From Candidatus Coprovivens sp. (lineage in GTDB: Bacteria; Bacillota_I; Bacilli_A; RF39; UBA660), in the NCBI GenBank assembly GCA_051892935.1, contig JBJFGS010000015.1, forward strand, positions 1 through 23,039: 23,039 nucleotides of DNA, given 5' to 3'. The position numbers were made by a program, and so were the translations under genes. Under the pieces are notes generated by a model, which was not told the origin of the DNA, searched no databases, and worked only from the letters and a program-made list of their open reading frames with translations. Positions 9,003 through 17,291 of the stretch are shown here, piece by piece; the first letter of the stretch is position 1; every line of letters starts with the position of its first letter.

Positions 9003-9105
9003 TGTAATCACCTATTACAATTATACTATACTATTTTATTTTTTTGACTAATAATAATACTTTTTTATGTAAAGAAATATAAGATAAATTGTATAGTTAG
9101 ATAAA

Positions 9106-9134
9106 TTTGACTCATTTATTAATTAGTGTTAGTA
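9106..9134 (+). promoter_or_regulatory. sigma-A promoter of the 9160 gene
   Basis: TTGACT, 17-bp spacer, TG-t-TAGTAT. Coordinates are accurate to within a base or two. Confidence 0.6.
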
Positions 9135-9159
9135 TACGACTCATCAAGGGGGAATTACT

Positions 9160-10098
9160 ATGTTAGAAAGCATTGATTTTAACACTCTAATTAACCATAT
9201 TGTCTTCACTATGGATAGTTTATTAGTTAATAAGGATTATCCCCCTAAATTACGAGATTATTTATATTTAATAGCTACTGGTATGATACTTAGTTATGGT
9301 GATGAATACTTAGAAGAGATATATAAACTATTAACTACTATTAAATTTACTGATGAAAAGGAAATTGATAATTATTCTAATAATGGATATAAGCTATTAT
9401 CATATGTAAATCCTACTAATCATAATTATTTAAGTAAGTTATTTGATTATTCATCTACTTTTCCTACAATTAATTATAATTATGTTTTAATTTTTAAAGA
9501 AATTAATTCTTCAAAAATTAAAACATTGGAATATTTAGTACATGAATTAAACTATATACTATTTAATATGAATAAGAAGTATTCTTTTATGAATTCTATA
9601 AAAATTAGATATAATTATTTAAAGAATGATTTAGATGTTGGTGATGATAAAGTTAATACTTTTAAAAGAGTACTTAATGTATTACAGAGTGAAGATATTA
9701 TAAAAAGAGTTTTAGAATTACGTAATTATGAAATTAAGAATGTTAAATTTAGAAATGCTTTAAGTAATTTTGATAATATAGATCTTGATAATTATAGATT
9801 TGAAGGTTTGGATATGCTTGTTAACTTGTTTAGACCTTTATATAGATTTAAAGATACTAAATATTTTATTGATAAATCTATGTTTTGTGATAGTGATTTA
9901 ATAGAAAATGAATTTGATAAAGTTTTAGGTAAGAATTCTTATAAGAATTTATGTGTTAAATTAGACTTTTTAAATGATTCTATTAATAATAGTGGAAAAG
10001 AAATGAATAGTTATTATTATTTATCATTAGATTATCTTGATATTAGAAATAATTTTGTAAAAAGATATATTGATATTAAATATTTAAATAAAGCTTAA
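9160..10098 (+). CDS. Hypothetical protein with a degenerate zincin-like motif (LVHELNY)
   Basis: 312-aa ORF with SD AAGGGGG and its own promoter. Has HExxY instead of HExxH. Confidence 0.8.
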   Translation: MLESIDFNTLINHIVFTMDSLLVNKDYPPKLRDYLYLIATGMILSYGDEYLEEIYKLLTTIKFTDEKEIDNYSNNGYKLLSYVNPTNHNYLSKLFDYSSTFPTINYNYVLIFKEINSSKIKTLEYLVHELNYILFNMNKKYSFMNSIKIRYNYLKNDLDVGDDKVNTFKRVLNVLQSEDIIKRVLELRNYEIKNVKFRNALSNFDNIDLDNYRFEGLDMLVNLFRPLYRFKDTKYFIDKSMFCDSDLIENEFDKVLGKNSYKNLCVKLDFLNDSINNSGKEMNSYYYLSLDYLDIRNNFVKRYIDIKYLNKA

Positions 10099-10125
10099 AA
10101 AAGGCGCAATTTTATTGCGTCTTTT
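10097..10125. terminator. Bidirectional terminator containing the kinase stop codon
   Basis: AAAAGGCGCAAT-TTT-ATTGCGTCTTTT between convergent genes. Confidence 0.8.
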
Positions 10126-12031
10126 CATTTTTTGTAATTTCTTCTGAATTTAATTTTTCAACTATTGTGTCACTAATATCATAAAATGATTCAGGTATTG
10201 GTTCAAAATCAATATGTTCTTTTTCTTTGTTTAAGTATTTACGTAATACTCGTTCTAGTTCGTATTTTTCAATTGGTTTTGCTAGATAGTCATCGAAACC
10301 TTCTTCGATATATTTTTCTTTCATTCCTTCTATTGCATTAGCTGTTAAGACAACTGTTTTATCTTTAAATGTTGGAATTTCTTGTAATAAATGTAGTGTT
10401 TCTGTACCAGTCATTTTAGGCATCATGTCATCCATTAAAATTAAATCATAATGATTACCTTGTTTTATTTTATCTATACATTCAAAACCTGTTTCACATG
10501 AATCGACTTTTATAGAATATTTTTTTAGTAGTTTTTCAGCTACTTTGATGTTTAATGTATTGTCATCTACTACTAAGACTGTTTTTCCTTGAAGATTTAA
10601 TTCTCCTTGAGTGTCGTTATTTTCAAATGAAACACTAGTTCTAGTAATAATTCTTTGCTTTAGATAAACTGTGAATTTTGAGCCACTTCCATATACTGAT
10701 TGAACTATTATTTTACCACCCATCATTTCGACAAGTTTTTTGGTTATAGCTAAGCCAAGACCTGCTCCTTCGATTGTTGTATTTCGATCTTCATTGAGCC
10801 TTTCAAATTTTGTAAATAGTTTATCAATGTTTTCTGGTTTGATACCACGACCAGTATCTTCTACTGATATTACTAATGATGATTCGTTATCTTTATTTAT
10901 ACAATTAACCTTTAATTCAATAAAACCTTCTTTAGTATATTTAACAGCATTAGTAAGGATGTTGGTCATTATTTCTTTTATCTTACCTTTGTCTCCATAT
11001 AACTTACCAGGTATATCTGGAGCAATATAGTATTTTAATTCAATTGGTTTTTCCCCTATACGTGGTTTTATTAGTTTTACTAGTTTTTCTACTTCTTCTT
11101 TAAGATTATATTCTGTATTAACTATTTCCATTTTGTTTGCTTCTATTTTAGATATATCAAGAATACCATTTACTATTTCTAGTAAGTTGTTGGATGCTGT
11201 TAAAATGTCTTTTGCATTTTCTTTAGCTTCTTCTAGTGTTTCAGCATCACTTATAGATTCTGAAAAACCTACTATAGCATTTAGGGGTGTTCTTATTTCG
11301 TGTGACATACTTGATAAGAATTCTGTTTTGGCGGCGTTGGCTTTTTCGGCTTGGTTTTTGGCTAGTTCTATCTTTCTTATAAGTTTTACATCGGGATTTT
11401 CAATGGTGAAGTACATTATTAGTAAGACGAATGAGAAGAAAAAATTTTCAAACCATACAGCAGGAAAATACTCTCTTAAAAATATTCCTACTATATATGA
11501 TATTATCATTACTATGAATGGAATGTTTTTACTAAATGATTCTTTATTTCTTATGAATAATCTTAATGAAAATATAGCTGTTAGAATAAAATATACAATT
11601 GTTGCACATAACATAATGTTGTATGACATACCATTCCCATCAATTATGTCTTGTTGGTGAATTACATTTAATGGAGTAATTAAAATTGCCAGTGAAATAG
11701 TAGACCCTATAATTAATGAATTTTTTGCAACTTTTGCTTTTGTTTTATCATCAAAATCTATTATATAGGCATTATATATAAACATTAAGATTATCATAAA
11801 GAGCATTTCTATCATATAAATTTTTTGGAATATTCCGATTCCAACTAAATTACCAACTATTTTGGCATAAAAAACTGCTATAATTGCAGTTGCACAAAAT
11901 AATAAGTTTATGATTAATAATGATGAGTAAATAGTTGTTTCTTTGTTTTTTATGTTTTCCTTTCTAAAAAACACGCATATTAATAAAATAGCTATTGCAA
12001 TTCCAGCAAATGAAAGAAGCATATTTTCCAT
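10112..12031 (-). CDS. Hybrid sensor histidine kinase HK1 (about 7 TM sensor, HisKA, HATPase, REC)
   Basis: H-box MSHEIRTPL, N-box NILTNAVKYT, G1 DTGRGI, G2 GAGLGL, and receiver motifs VVDD, MDDMMP and KP. Confidence 0.96.
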   Translation of the reverse strand: MENMLLSFAGIAIAILLICVFFRKENIKNKETTIYSSLLIINLLFCATAIIAVFYAKIVGNLVGIGIFQKIYMIEMLFMIILMFIYNAYIIDFDDKTKAKVAKNSLIIGSTISLAILITPLNVIHQQDIIDGNGMSYNIMLCATIVYFILTAIFSLRLFIRNKESFSKNIPFIVMIISYIVGIFLREYFPAVWFENFFFSFVLLIMYFTIENPDVKLIRKIELAKNQAEKANAAKTEFLSSMSHEIRTPLNAIVGFSESISDAETLEEAKENAKDILTASNNLLEIVNGILDISKIEANKMEIVNTEYNLKEEVEKLVKLIKPRIGEKPIELKYYIAPDIPGKLYGDKGKIKEIMTNILTNAVKYTKEGFIELKVNCINKDNESSLVISVEDTGRGIKPENIDKLFTKFERLNEDRNTTIEGAGLGLAITKKLVEMMGGKIIVQSVYGSGSKFTVYLKQRIITRTSVSFENNDTQGELNLQGKTVLVVDDNTLNIKVAEKLLKKYSIKVDSCETGFECIDKIKQGNHYDLILMDDMMPKMTGTETLHLLQEIPTFKDKTVVLTANAIEGMKEKYIEEGFDDYLAKPIEKYELERVLRKYLNKEKEHIDFEPIPESFYDISDTIVEKLNSEEITKNEKTQ

Positions 12032-12049
12032 ATTCTCACCTCTATTATA

Positions 12050-12078
12050 AGGTTATCATTTTTATAGTTTTTTTTCAA
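12050..12078 (-). promoter_or_regulatory. Promoter of HK1
   Basis: TTGAAA (12078-12073), 17-bp spacer, TG-a-TAACCT (12055-12050). The -35 overlaps the IS flanking repeat. Confidence 0.5.
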
Positions 12079-12082
12079 TTAA

Positions 12083-12977
12083 TAATTTATATTAACAAAT
12101 GCACCACTTGACAATTTAAAACAATTAAGTCCATATTTATACTCATGATATGATGTTGCCATCTAATCAAACATTAAATAGTAATAAATATGAACTATCT
12201 ACATCTTACCATAGTAAAACTTGCTTCTATATGTAATTTAAAGAAATGCAAATGAGTTTAAGAAAAATTAATAGAATTTTAAATAGAAATGTTTCAACAA
12301 TTTCAAGAGAAATTAAAAGAAATTCTTACAAAAAACAATTAATTATTCGGTTACTTCCTATTCACCAGTTGTTGCTAATAACATATATAAAGAAAGAAGA
12401 ATTAATTGTAATAAATCTCTAATAACTACTTATACATCGTTAGAATATATAAAAAAACAAAATAGAATTGTATTGGTCACCTAATTAAATAATAAATATA
12501 AACGATAAAACTAAACTTGATATTTTTCCTTCTTTATCAACAATTTGTAGATTGGTTTATTTAGAATATTCCTAAAGCAATATTGAACAACCTAGAAAAA
12601 AATGGAAAATTTAAGAGACTAGTAGAGACTCGTGGAAAATTAAATATTGGAAAAACTATAAAAATGAAACAAAAAGAAGTTTATAAATGTAATACATTTA
12701 GACATTTGGCGCAGATACAGTAGTATCAGGAAGATAATAAGAAAAAGCATTAAGTAATTACTATTTTGTAAGCTAGTAGAAAGTAAAACAAGATAGTATT
12801 TAATTAAATAGATTCCCTCTAGAAAAGAAGAATATTAATAAATGCGATAATAAAATTATTAAAAATTCTACTCTTGAGCTTTTAAACAATAGACCTAGAA
12901 AATATATTAATTATAAAACAACTAAGGAATTATTTAATGTATATTTATTGGACTATTACACTTGTTTTGATAAATTA
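12083..12977 (+). mobile_element. Decayed IS30-family insertion sequence (about 895 bp)
   Basis: Imperfect terminal inverted repeats: TAATTTATATTAACAAATGCACCA (12083-12106) versus the reverse complement of 12954-12977, TAATTTATCAAAACAAGTGTAATA (17/24 identical). Flanked exactly by the direct repeat TCAATTAA (12075-12082 and 12978-12985). Confidence 0.85.
12190..12977 (+). pseudogene. IS30-family transposase pseudogene (multiple frameshifts and stops, probable internal deletion)
   Basis: Fragments in different frames: MNYLHLT; SLRKINRILNRNVSTISREIKRN (IS30 HTH); WSP; SLSTICR; ETRGKLNIGKTI; ADTVVSG; LNNRPRKYINYKTTKELF (IS30 C-terminal motif). Confidence 0.92.
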
Positions 12978-12983
12978 TCAATT

Positions 12984-13010
12984 AAAAAACGTGCTAGTTA
13001 TCTAGTACGT
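12984..13010 (-). terminator. Intrinsic terminator containing the acyltransferase stop codon
   Basis: Minus strand ACGTACTAG-ATAA-CTAGCACGT-TTTTT (one mismatch). Confidence 0.7.
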
Positions 13011-13969
13011 CTTAAATATAATCCTTTGACATCTTCTGGATTCGTAATATTTTTGTCCTGATATACAGTTTCATAAACATCTTCTATTTTGTAGGCATAA
13101 TCTGTTCTTCCCATAATTTCTGCCACAAACTCTTCTTCTGTCGGACAATCCACTCTGCTTTTTATACCTTGATATTCCCAAATCTGCCATTTTAGTGTTG
13201 CCATAACATCTCTTAGTCTTTCATTGTAATATTGGATTGATGTTGCTCCTCGATCAATTACTCTTATGTTTTCTCCTATGTTTACATAAAATTTTTTCCC
13301 ATATTGTTCGATAGCCATTGGAACTATTTCTGCACCTGTTTCCAGTGCCATCTTTACTGTTCCAGGATACAACTTATTTACTGGTAAGTTTGGTGTTATA
13401 TTCCAAACTCCTTCTGGGTATATCAATAAATTTTCATTTTTATTCAATAATTCGACTGCTCTATCGTATGCTATTTTTCTTTCATTTTTTACTATTTTTA
13501 TAAATTCTTCTTTTTCTGTTTCTGATAGCATTCCCATATCGATTAATTCTTGAATAAAAGAATGTTGTGCTCTAGTTTCGAATGCTATCATTCCGTTTAC
13601 GCTTAGTAATACTCCCTCAACCCTTTGATATAAATCTTCCAAATCTCCAATAAACAGATGTGCATGTTCTTTTATAGCTTCAAACGCTATTTGCACATCA
13701 TCACCGCCTATGTGAGTACATGCATACAATATTGGTTTATCTGTGTTTTCTCTTTTATCACCAATTATGTGTAATTCTTGCTTAGCTAATTTTCTCATTA
13801 TAATTATTGTAGCTAGTGGTATTGGGTGAATTGTTTTCTTTAATCTTAGACCTGATAAAGGTATACCATTTTCATATTCATATTTTCTTTTTTCTATGTG
13901 ATATTTTTTTACTGCAGATAAAGGCATCCTTTGCAGCTCAAAAAAACTTTTATATTCAAAATTACTCAT
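12998..13969 (-). CDS. PlsC-like lysophospholipid/glycerolipid acyltransferase family protein
   Basis: Catalytic HxxxxD (THIGGDD), block III LLIYPEG and block IV IVPMAI. Acceptor substrate cannot be determined from sequence. Confidence 0.88.
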   Translation of the reverse strand: MSNFEYKSFFELQRMPLSAVKKYHIEKRKYEYENGIPLSGLRLKKTIHPIPLATIIIMRKLAKQELHIIGDKRENTDKPILYACTHIGGDDVQIAFEAIKEHAHLFIGDLEDLYQRVEGVLLSVNGMIAFETRAQHSFIQELIDMGMLSETEKEEFIKIVKNERKIAYDRAVELLNKNENLLIYPEGVWNITPNLPVNKLYPGTVKMALETGAEIVPMAIEQYGKKFYVNIGENIRVIDRGATSIQYYNERLRDVMATLKWQIWEYQGIKSRVDCPTEEEFVAEIMGRTDYAYKIEDVYETVYQDKNITNPEDVKGLYLRRTR

Positions 13970-13994
13970 TCCATCATCCCCTTGAACTATAGTA

Positions 13995-14023
13995 ATTATA
14001 TCATTTTATTAGGCTTTTAACAA
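13995..14023 (-). promoter_or_regulatory. sigma-A promoter of the acyltransferase gene
   Basis: TTGTTA, 17-bp spacer, TG-a-TATAAT. Confidence 0.7.
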
Positions 14024-14033
14024 ATTTTGCTAT

Positions 14034-14063
14034 AAAAAAGTCAGTATATTAATACTGACTTTT
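14034..14063 (-). terminator. Intrinsic terminator containing the Hpt-REC stop codon
   Basis: AAAAGTCAGTAT-(ATTA)-ATACTGACTTTT, a 12-bp perfect stem with a U-tract on the minus strand. Confidence 0.8.
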
Positions 14064-14861
14064 AGCGTTTTCTATTGTTTTTTCTACTGCATCTTTAATT
14101 TTTGTTTCATTAAATGGTTTATTAATCATGTCAACTATATTATATTCAAATGCTTTTGATATTGCTTCTTTAGATGAGTCTCCACTAATTATTGTAACCG
14201 GCATTTTATCAAGAAGATTTGCTTGAGTCATATAATCTAATACTGCAAAACCATCTACTTTTGGCATATTTAAGTCTAATAAGATTGCTTTAATTCTTCC
14301 ATCTTCTTCGTGTTCTCTTATGATACTTAAAGCTTCTTTACCATCCTGGGCAAAGGCTAATTCATAATCAGCATCAAAGATTTTTTTAACAAATATCCTT
14401 ATTACTTCAGAATCATCAGCTACTAGAATTATATCTTCACATAGTGTATCTTCTGGTTGAATTGATTGGACTTCATCGTTATAAATTGAAGCGGTTGTTT
14501 TCTCATCTATTAAATAATTGCTTACAATAGATTGAACTTTATTTACTTCATCCATTAATTCTTCGTAGTGTTCTTTAACATATGCTAAATCATTTGCTTT
14601 ACTTTTTACTTCGTGATCATAAGCTAAACTGGCTAGTTTCATAAAACCGAATGATTTACAATCACTTTTTAGGGAATGAACATAGATTGCATAATTTTGC
14701 ATATCTCCATCTTGGTAGTAAGTTTCTAATTGCTTAATTTTTCCATCAATGCTCTTTCTGAATTCTTTAATTAATTCATTATATGTATCGACATCTCCAA
14801 ATACTTCCAAGCATTTATTTAGATCAACGCCATTTTCTTTTAAATAATTGATATCTTTCAT
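14049..14861 (-). CDS. Hpt-REC phosphorelay protein (histidine phosphotransfer domain plus receiver, no output domain)
   Basis: Hpt motif YAIYVHSLKSDCKSFG, then receiver motifs ILVADD, LLDLNMP, IISG and NKP. The protein ends right after the receiver. Confidence 0.9.
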   Translation of the reverse strand: MKDINYLKENGVDLNKCLEVFGDVDTYNELIKEFRKSIDGKIKQLETYYQDGDMQNYAIYVHSLKSDCKSFGFMKLASLAYDHEVKSKANDLAYVKEHYEELMDEVNKVQSIVSNYLIDEKTTASIYNDEVQSIQPEDTLCEDIILVADDSEVIRIFVKKIFDADYELAFAQDGKEALSIIREHEEDGRIKAILLDLNMPKVDGFAVLDYMTQANLLDKMPVTIISGDSSKEAISKAFEYNIVDMINKPFNETKIKDAVEKTIENAKSQY

Positions 14862-14900
14862 ATTATCACCATATCCTATTAAAGTTTTATCATAATATTT

Positions 14901-17228
14901 CTATTTATTCAATAATGTATTTAGTAATTCTTCTAAATGTTCTTTGTTTATTGGTTTCGATAAGTAACCATCGAATCCGTGCTCATCAATCTTCTCTTGA
15001 ACTTCATCTTTTGATGATGCTGTCATCATAACTACTGGTGTTACAAATCCATCTAAGGTTTTTAAATTATCTAATGTTGTACATCCGTCTAATTCTGGCA
15101 TCATATCATCTAGCAAAATTAAATCATAGTTGTTTTCTATTACTTTTTCGATACATTCAGATCCGCTATTAGCTGTAGTAATATCTATATTATATTTTTT
15201 TAATGTAGTTAGAGCTACTTTTATATTTAGTTCATTATCATCTACTAATAGAATCTTTTTATTACTATAGTCTTCATTATTGATAGTTTTTAAAAGAATT
15301 GTTTTATCTAAATCTATTTCTTTTTCTAAGATAGAGTTTGTTGCTTTTGATAAGGAAGAATTTATATTAGTATTGTTAGTCTTATTAATATATTCTTTTA
15401 TTACTCTTTCAAGTTCTTTCTTTTCTATTGGTTTTGCTAAGTAATCATCAAATCCAGCTTTTAGATATTCTTCTTTCATTCCTGTAATAGCATTGGCTGT
15501 TAAGACTATGACGGGAGTTTTGAAATCTGGATTAGATTTTAATTTTCTAACAGCTTCTTTACCGGTCATTTTAGGCATCATATCATCCATAAATATTATG
15601 TCGTATGTTTCGCCATTATTTATTTTTGATATGCAACTTAATGCACTTAGACATGAATCAATATTAAAGTTATACTTTTTAAGCAAAGTAGAAGCTACTT
15701 TTATGTTTAACTCGTTATCGTCTACCAATAGTATTCTTGCACCATTAGCATCAATATGTTTACTTTCTGACTTGGCTTCCTGTTTTGTTAGTGGTTTTTC
15801 TACAGAAATAATTCTTTGATCTATTGAAACTGTGAATTTTGAGCCTTTGCCATAGACAGATTGGACAATAATTTTTCCGTTCATTAAATCTACTAATTTT
15901 TTAGTTATTGCAAGCCCTAAACCTGTTCCTTCAATTGTAAGTTGTTTTTCAACATTTAGTCTTTCAAACTTAGTAAATAGTTTGCTTAGACTTTCTTCTT
16001 TAATACCTATTCCACTATCCTCAACAGAAACAATTAAACGACATACATTGTCTTTTATAACTGTAGAGACTGTAAATTCAACAAAACCTTCTTTAGTATA
16101 TTTAACAGCATTAGTAAGAAGATTTAGTATTATTTGTTTTAATCTTGTATTGTCTCCATATAAAATACTTGGTATTGATTGATCAATATTAACCTTAAAT
16201 TCTAAGGGTTTATAACCAATACGAGCTTTTGTTAATGATACTAGTTCATCTAACATACTATGTACATCATATTCTTTATTTATTATTTCTAGTTTATTTG
16301 CTTCTATTTTAGATATATCAAGTATTCCATTTACTATTTCTAGTAAGTTATTTGAAGCTATGATAATGTCATCTACTTTAGATTTAGACTCTTCTGATAG
16401 ATTATCTTCTTTTAAACTTTCAGAGAAACCTACTATGGCATTTAGAGGAGTTCTTATCTCGTGTGACATGTTTGATAAGAAGTCTGATTTGGCAGAATTA
16501 GCTTTTTCGGCGGCTTCTTTAGCAATTGAAACTTCTTCAAGCATTTTGACATCTGGGTTTTCAATAGTGTTGTACATTAAGTACGTAACTACTGTCATTG
16601 GAAATGTTATCAATAATAATTGAATTCCAATTGATGTTAATATTAACTCTGCAAGTAGTATTATGATAAATACTACTAATGGTAATTTCTTTTTTCTTTC
16701 TATTTTTTTGCTATATATTGTAATTATGATTATATCGACAATTAATAATAATATACATATAATGAACATAATAGTTGGAGCAGCACCACTTGATCCTATT
16801 ATTTTACCATTATCATATATTCTGGTTATTGGCATAATTATTAGTAGTAGTGCAATAAAAATCATTGTTGTAATTATTCCTATTTTCTTTTTATTATAAC
16901 TCCATTCATAAATTTTATTTTTAGAATAAGATTTTATGATTGCAAAGTTATATATAGTAAGTAAATACATCCATATAACGTTAGAAATATAATATATCTT
17001 TTCAACTAATTCTAATATTATTGTTTCTTTATTCGTATTTAAAAACTTGTAAAATAGTAATTCTGCAATCAATGAGAAGATGTTAATTGCTACAATATAA
17101 TTATAAATACGGGTTTCTGAGTTCTTTGCTTTTTCTTTTGGAAAGTATGTTATAGCTTGAAGTATTATAAAAATCAGACAAATCGTACTTACTGTTGATG
17201 AAATAACTTTTATTGTTTCTATTGCCAT
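14901..17228 (-). CDS. Hybrid sensor histidine kinase HK2 (about 7 TM sensor, HisKA, HATPase, REC, REC)
   Basis: H-box MSHEIRTPL, NLLTNAVKYT, DSGIGI and GTGLGL. Two receivers, each with ILLVDDNELNIKVA, DDMMP and KP. Confidence 0.96.
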   Translation of the reverse strand: MAIETIKVISSTVSTICLIFIILQAITYFPKEKAKNSETRIYNYIVAINIFSLIAELLFYKFLNTNKETIILELVEKIYYISNVIWMYLLTIYNFAIIKSYSKNKIYEWSYNKKKIGIITTMIFIALLLIIMPITRIYDNGKIIGSSGAAPTIMFIICILLLIVDIIIITIYSKKIERKKKLPLVVFIIILLAELILTSIGIQLLLITFPMTVVTYLMYNTIENPDVKMLEEVSIAKEAAEKANSAKSDFLSNMSHEIRTPLNAIVGFSESLKEDNLSEESKSKVDDIIIASNNLLEIVNGILDISKIEANKLEIINKEYDVHSMLDELVSLTKARIGYKPLEFKVNIDQSIPSILYGDNTRLKQIILNLLTNAVKYTKEGFVEFTVSTVIKDNVCRLIVSVEDSGIGIKEESLSKLFTKFERLNVEKQLTIEGTGLGLAITKKLVDLMNGKIIVQSVYGKGSKFTVSIDQRIISVEKPLTKQEAKSESKHIDANGARILLVDDNELNIKVASTLLKKYNFNIDSCLSALSCISKINNGETYDIIFMDDMMPKMTGKEAVRKLKSNPDFKTPVIVLTANAITGMKEEYLKAGFDDYLAKPIEKKELERVIKEYINKTNNTNINSSLSKATNSILEKEIDLDKTILLKTINNEDYSNKKILLVDDNELNIKVALTTLKKYNIDITTANSGSECIEKVIENNYDLILLDDMMPELDGCTTLDNLKTLDGFVTPVVMMTASSKDEVQEKIDEHGFDGYLSKPINKEHLEELLNTLLNK

Positions 17229-17244
17229 ATTATCACCTATTTTA

Positions 17245-17253
17245 ATTATAGCA
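17245..17253 (-). promoter_or_regulatory. Extended -10 promoter of the HK2 / Hpt-REC unit
   Basis: TG-c-TATAAT just upstream of SD AGGTGA. Confidence 0.6.
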
Positions 17254-17263
17254 AAAAAAATAT

Positions 17264-17291
17264 AAAAAGAAACAGATTATTGTTTCTTTTT
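17264..17291 (-). terminator. Intrinsic terminator containing the acyl-CoA synthetase stop codon
   Basis: AAAAAGAAACA-(GATTAT)-TGTTTCTTTTT. Confidence 0.7.

Noticed and set aside
9001-9021. Inverted repeat ATTGTAAT-CACCT-ATTACAAT around the murG SD
   Set aside because: The stem is almost all A/T and one arm overlaps the predicted -10 region, so it is mostly untranscribed. No evidence for function.
12083-12977. ORF-free gap as a possible ncRNA or CRISPR array
   Set aside because: No repeat-spacer periodicity, and the region is fully explained by IS30 transposase remnants. No CRISPR, tRNA or rRNA was seen anywhere in the window.
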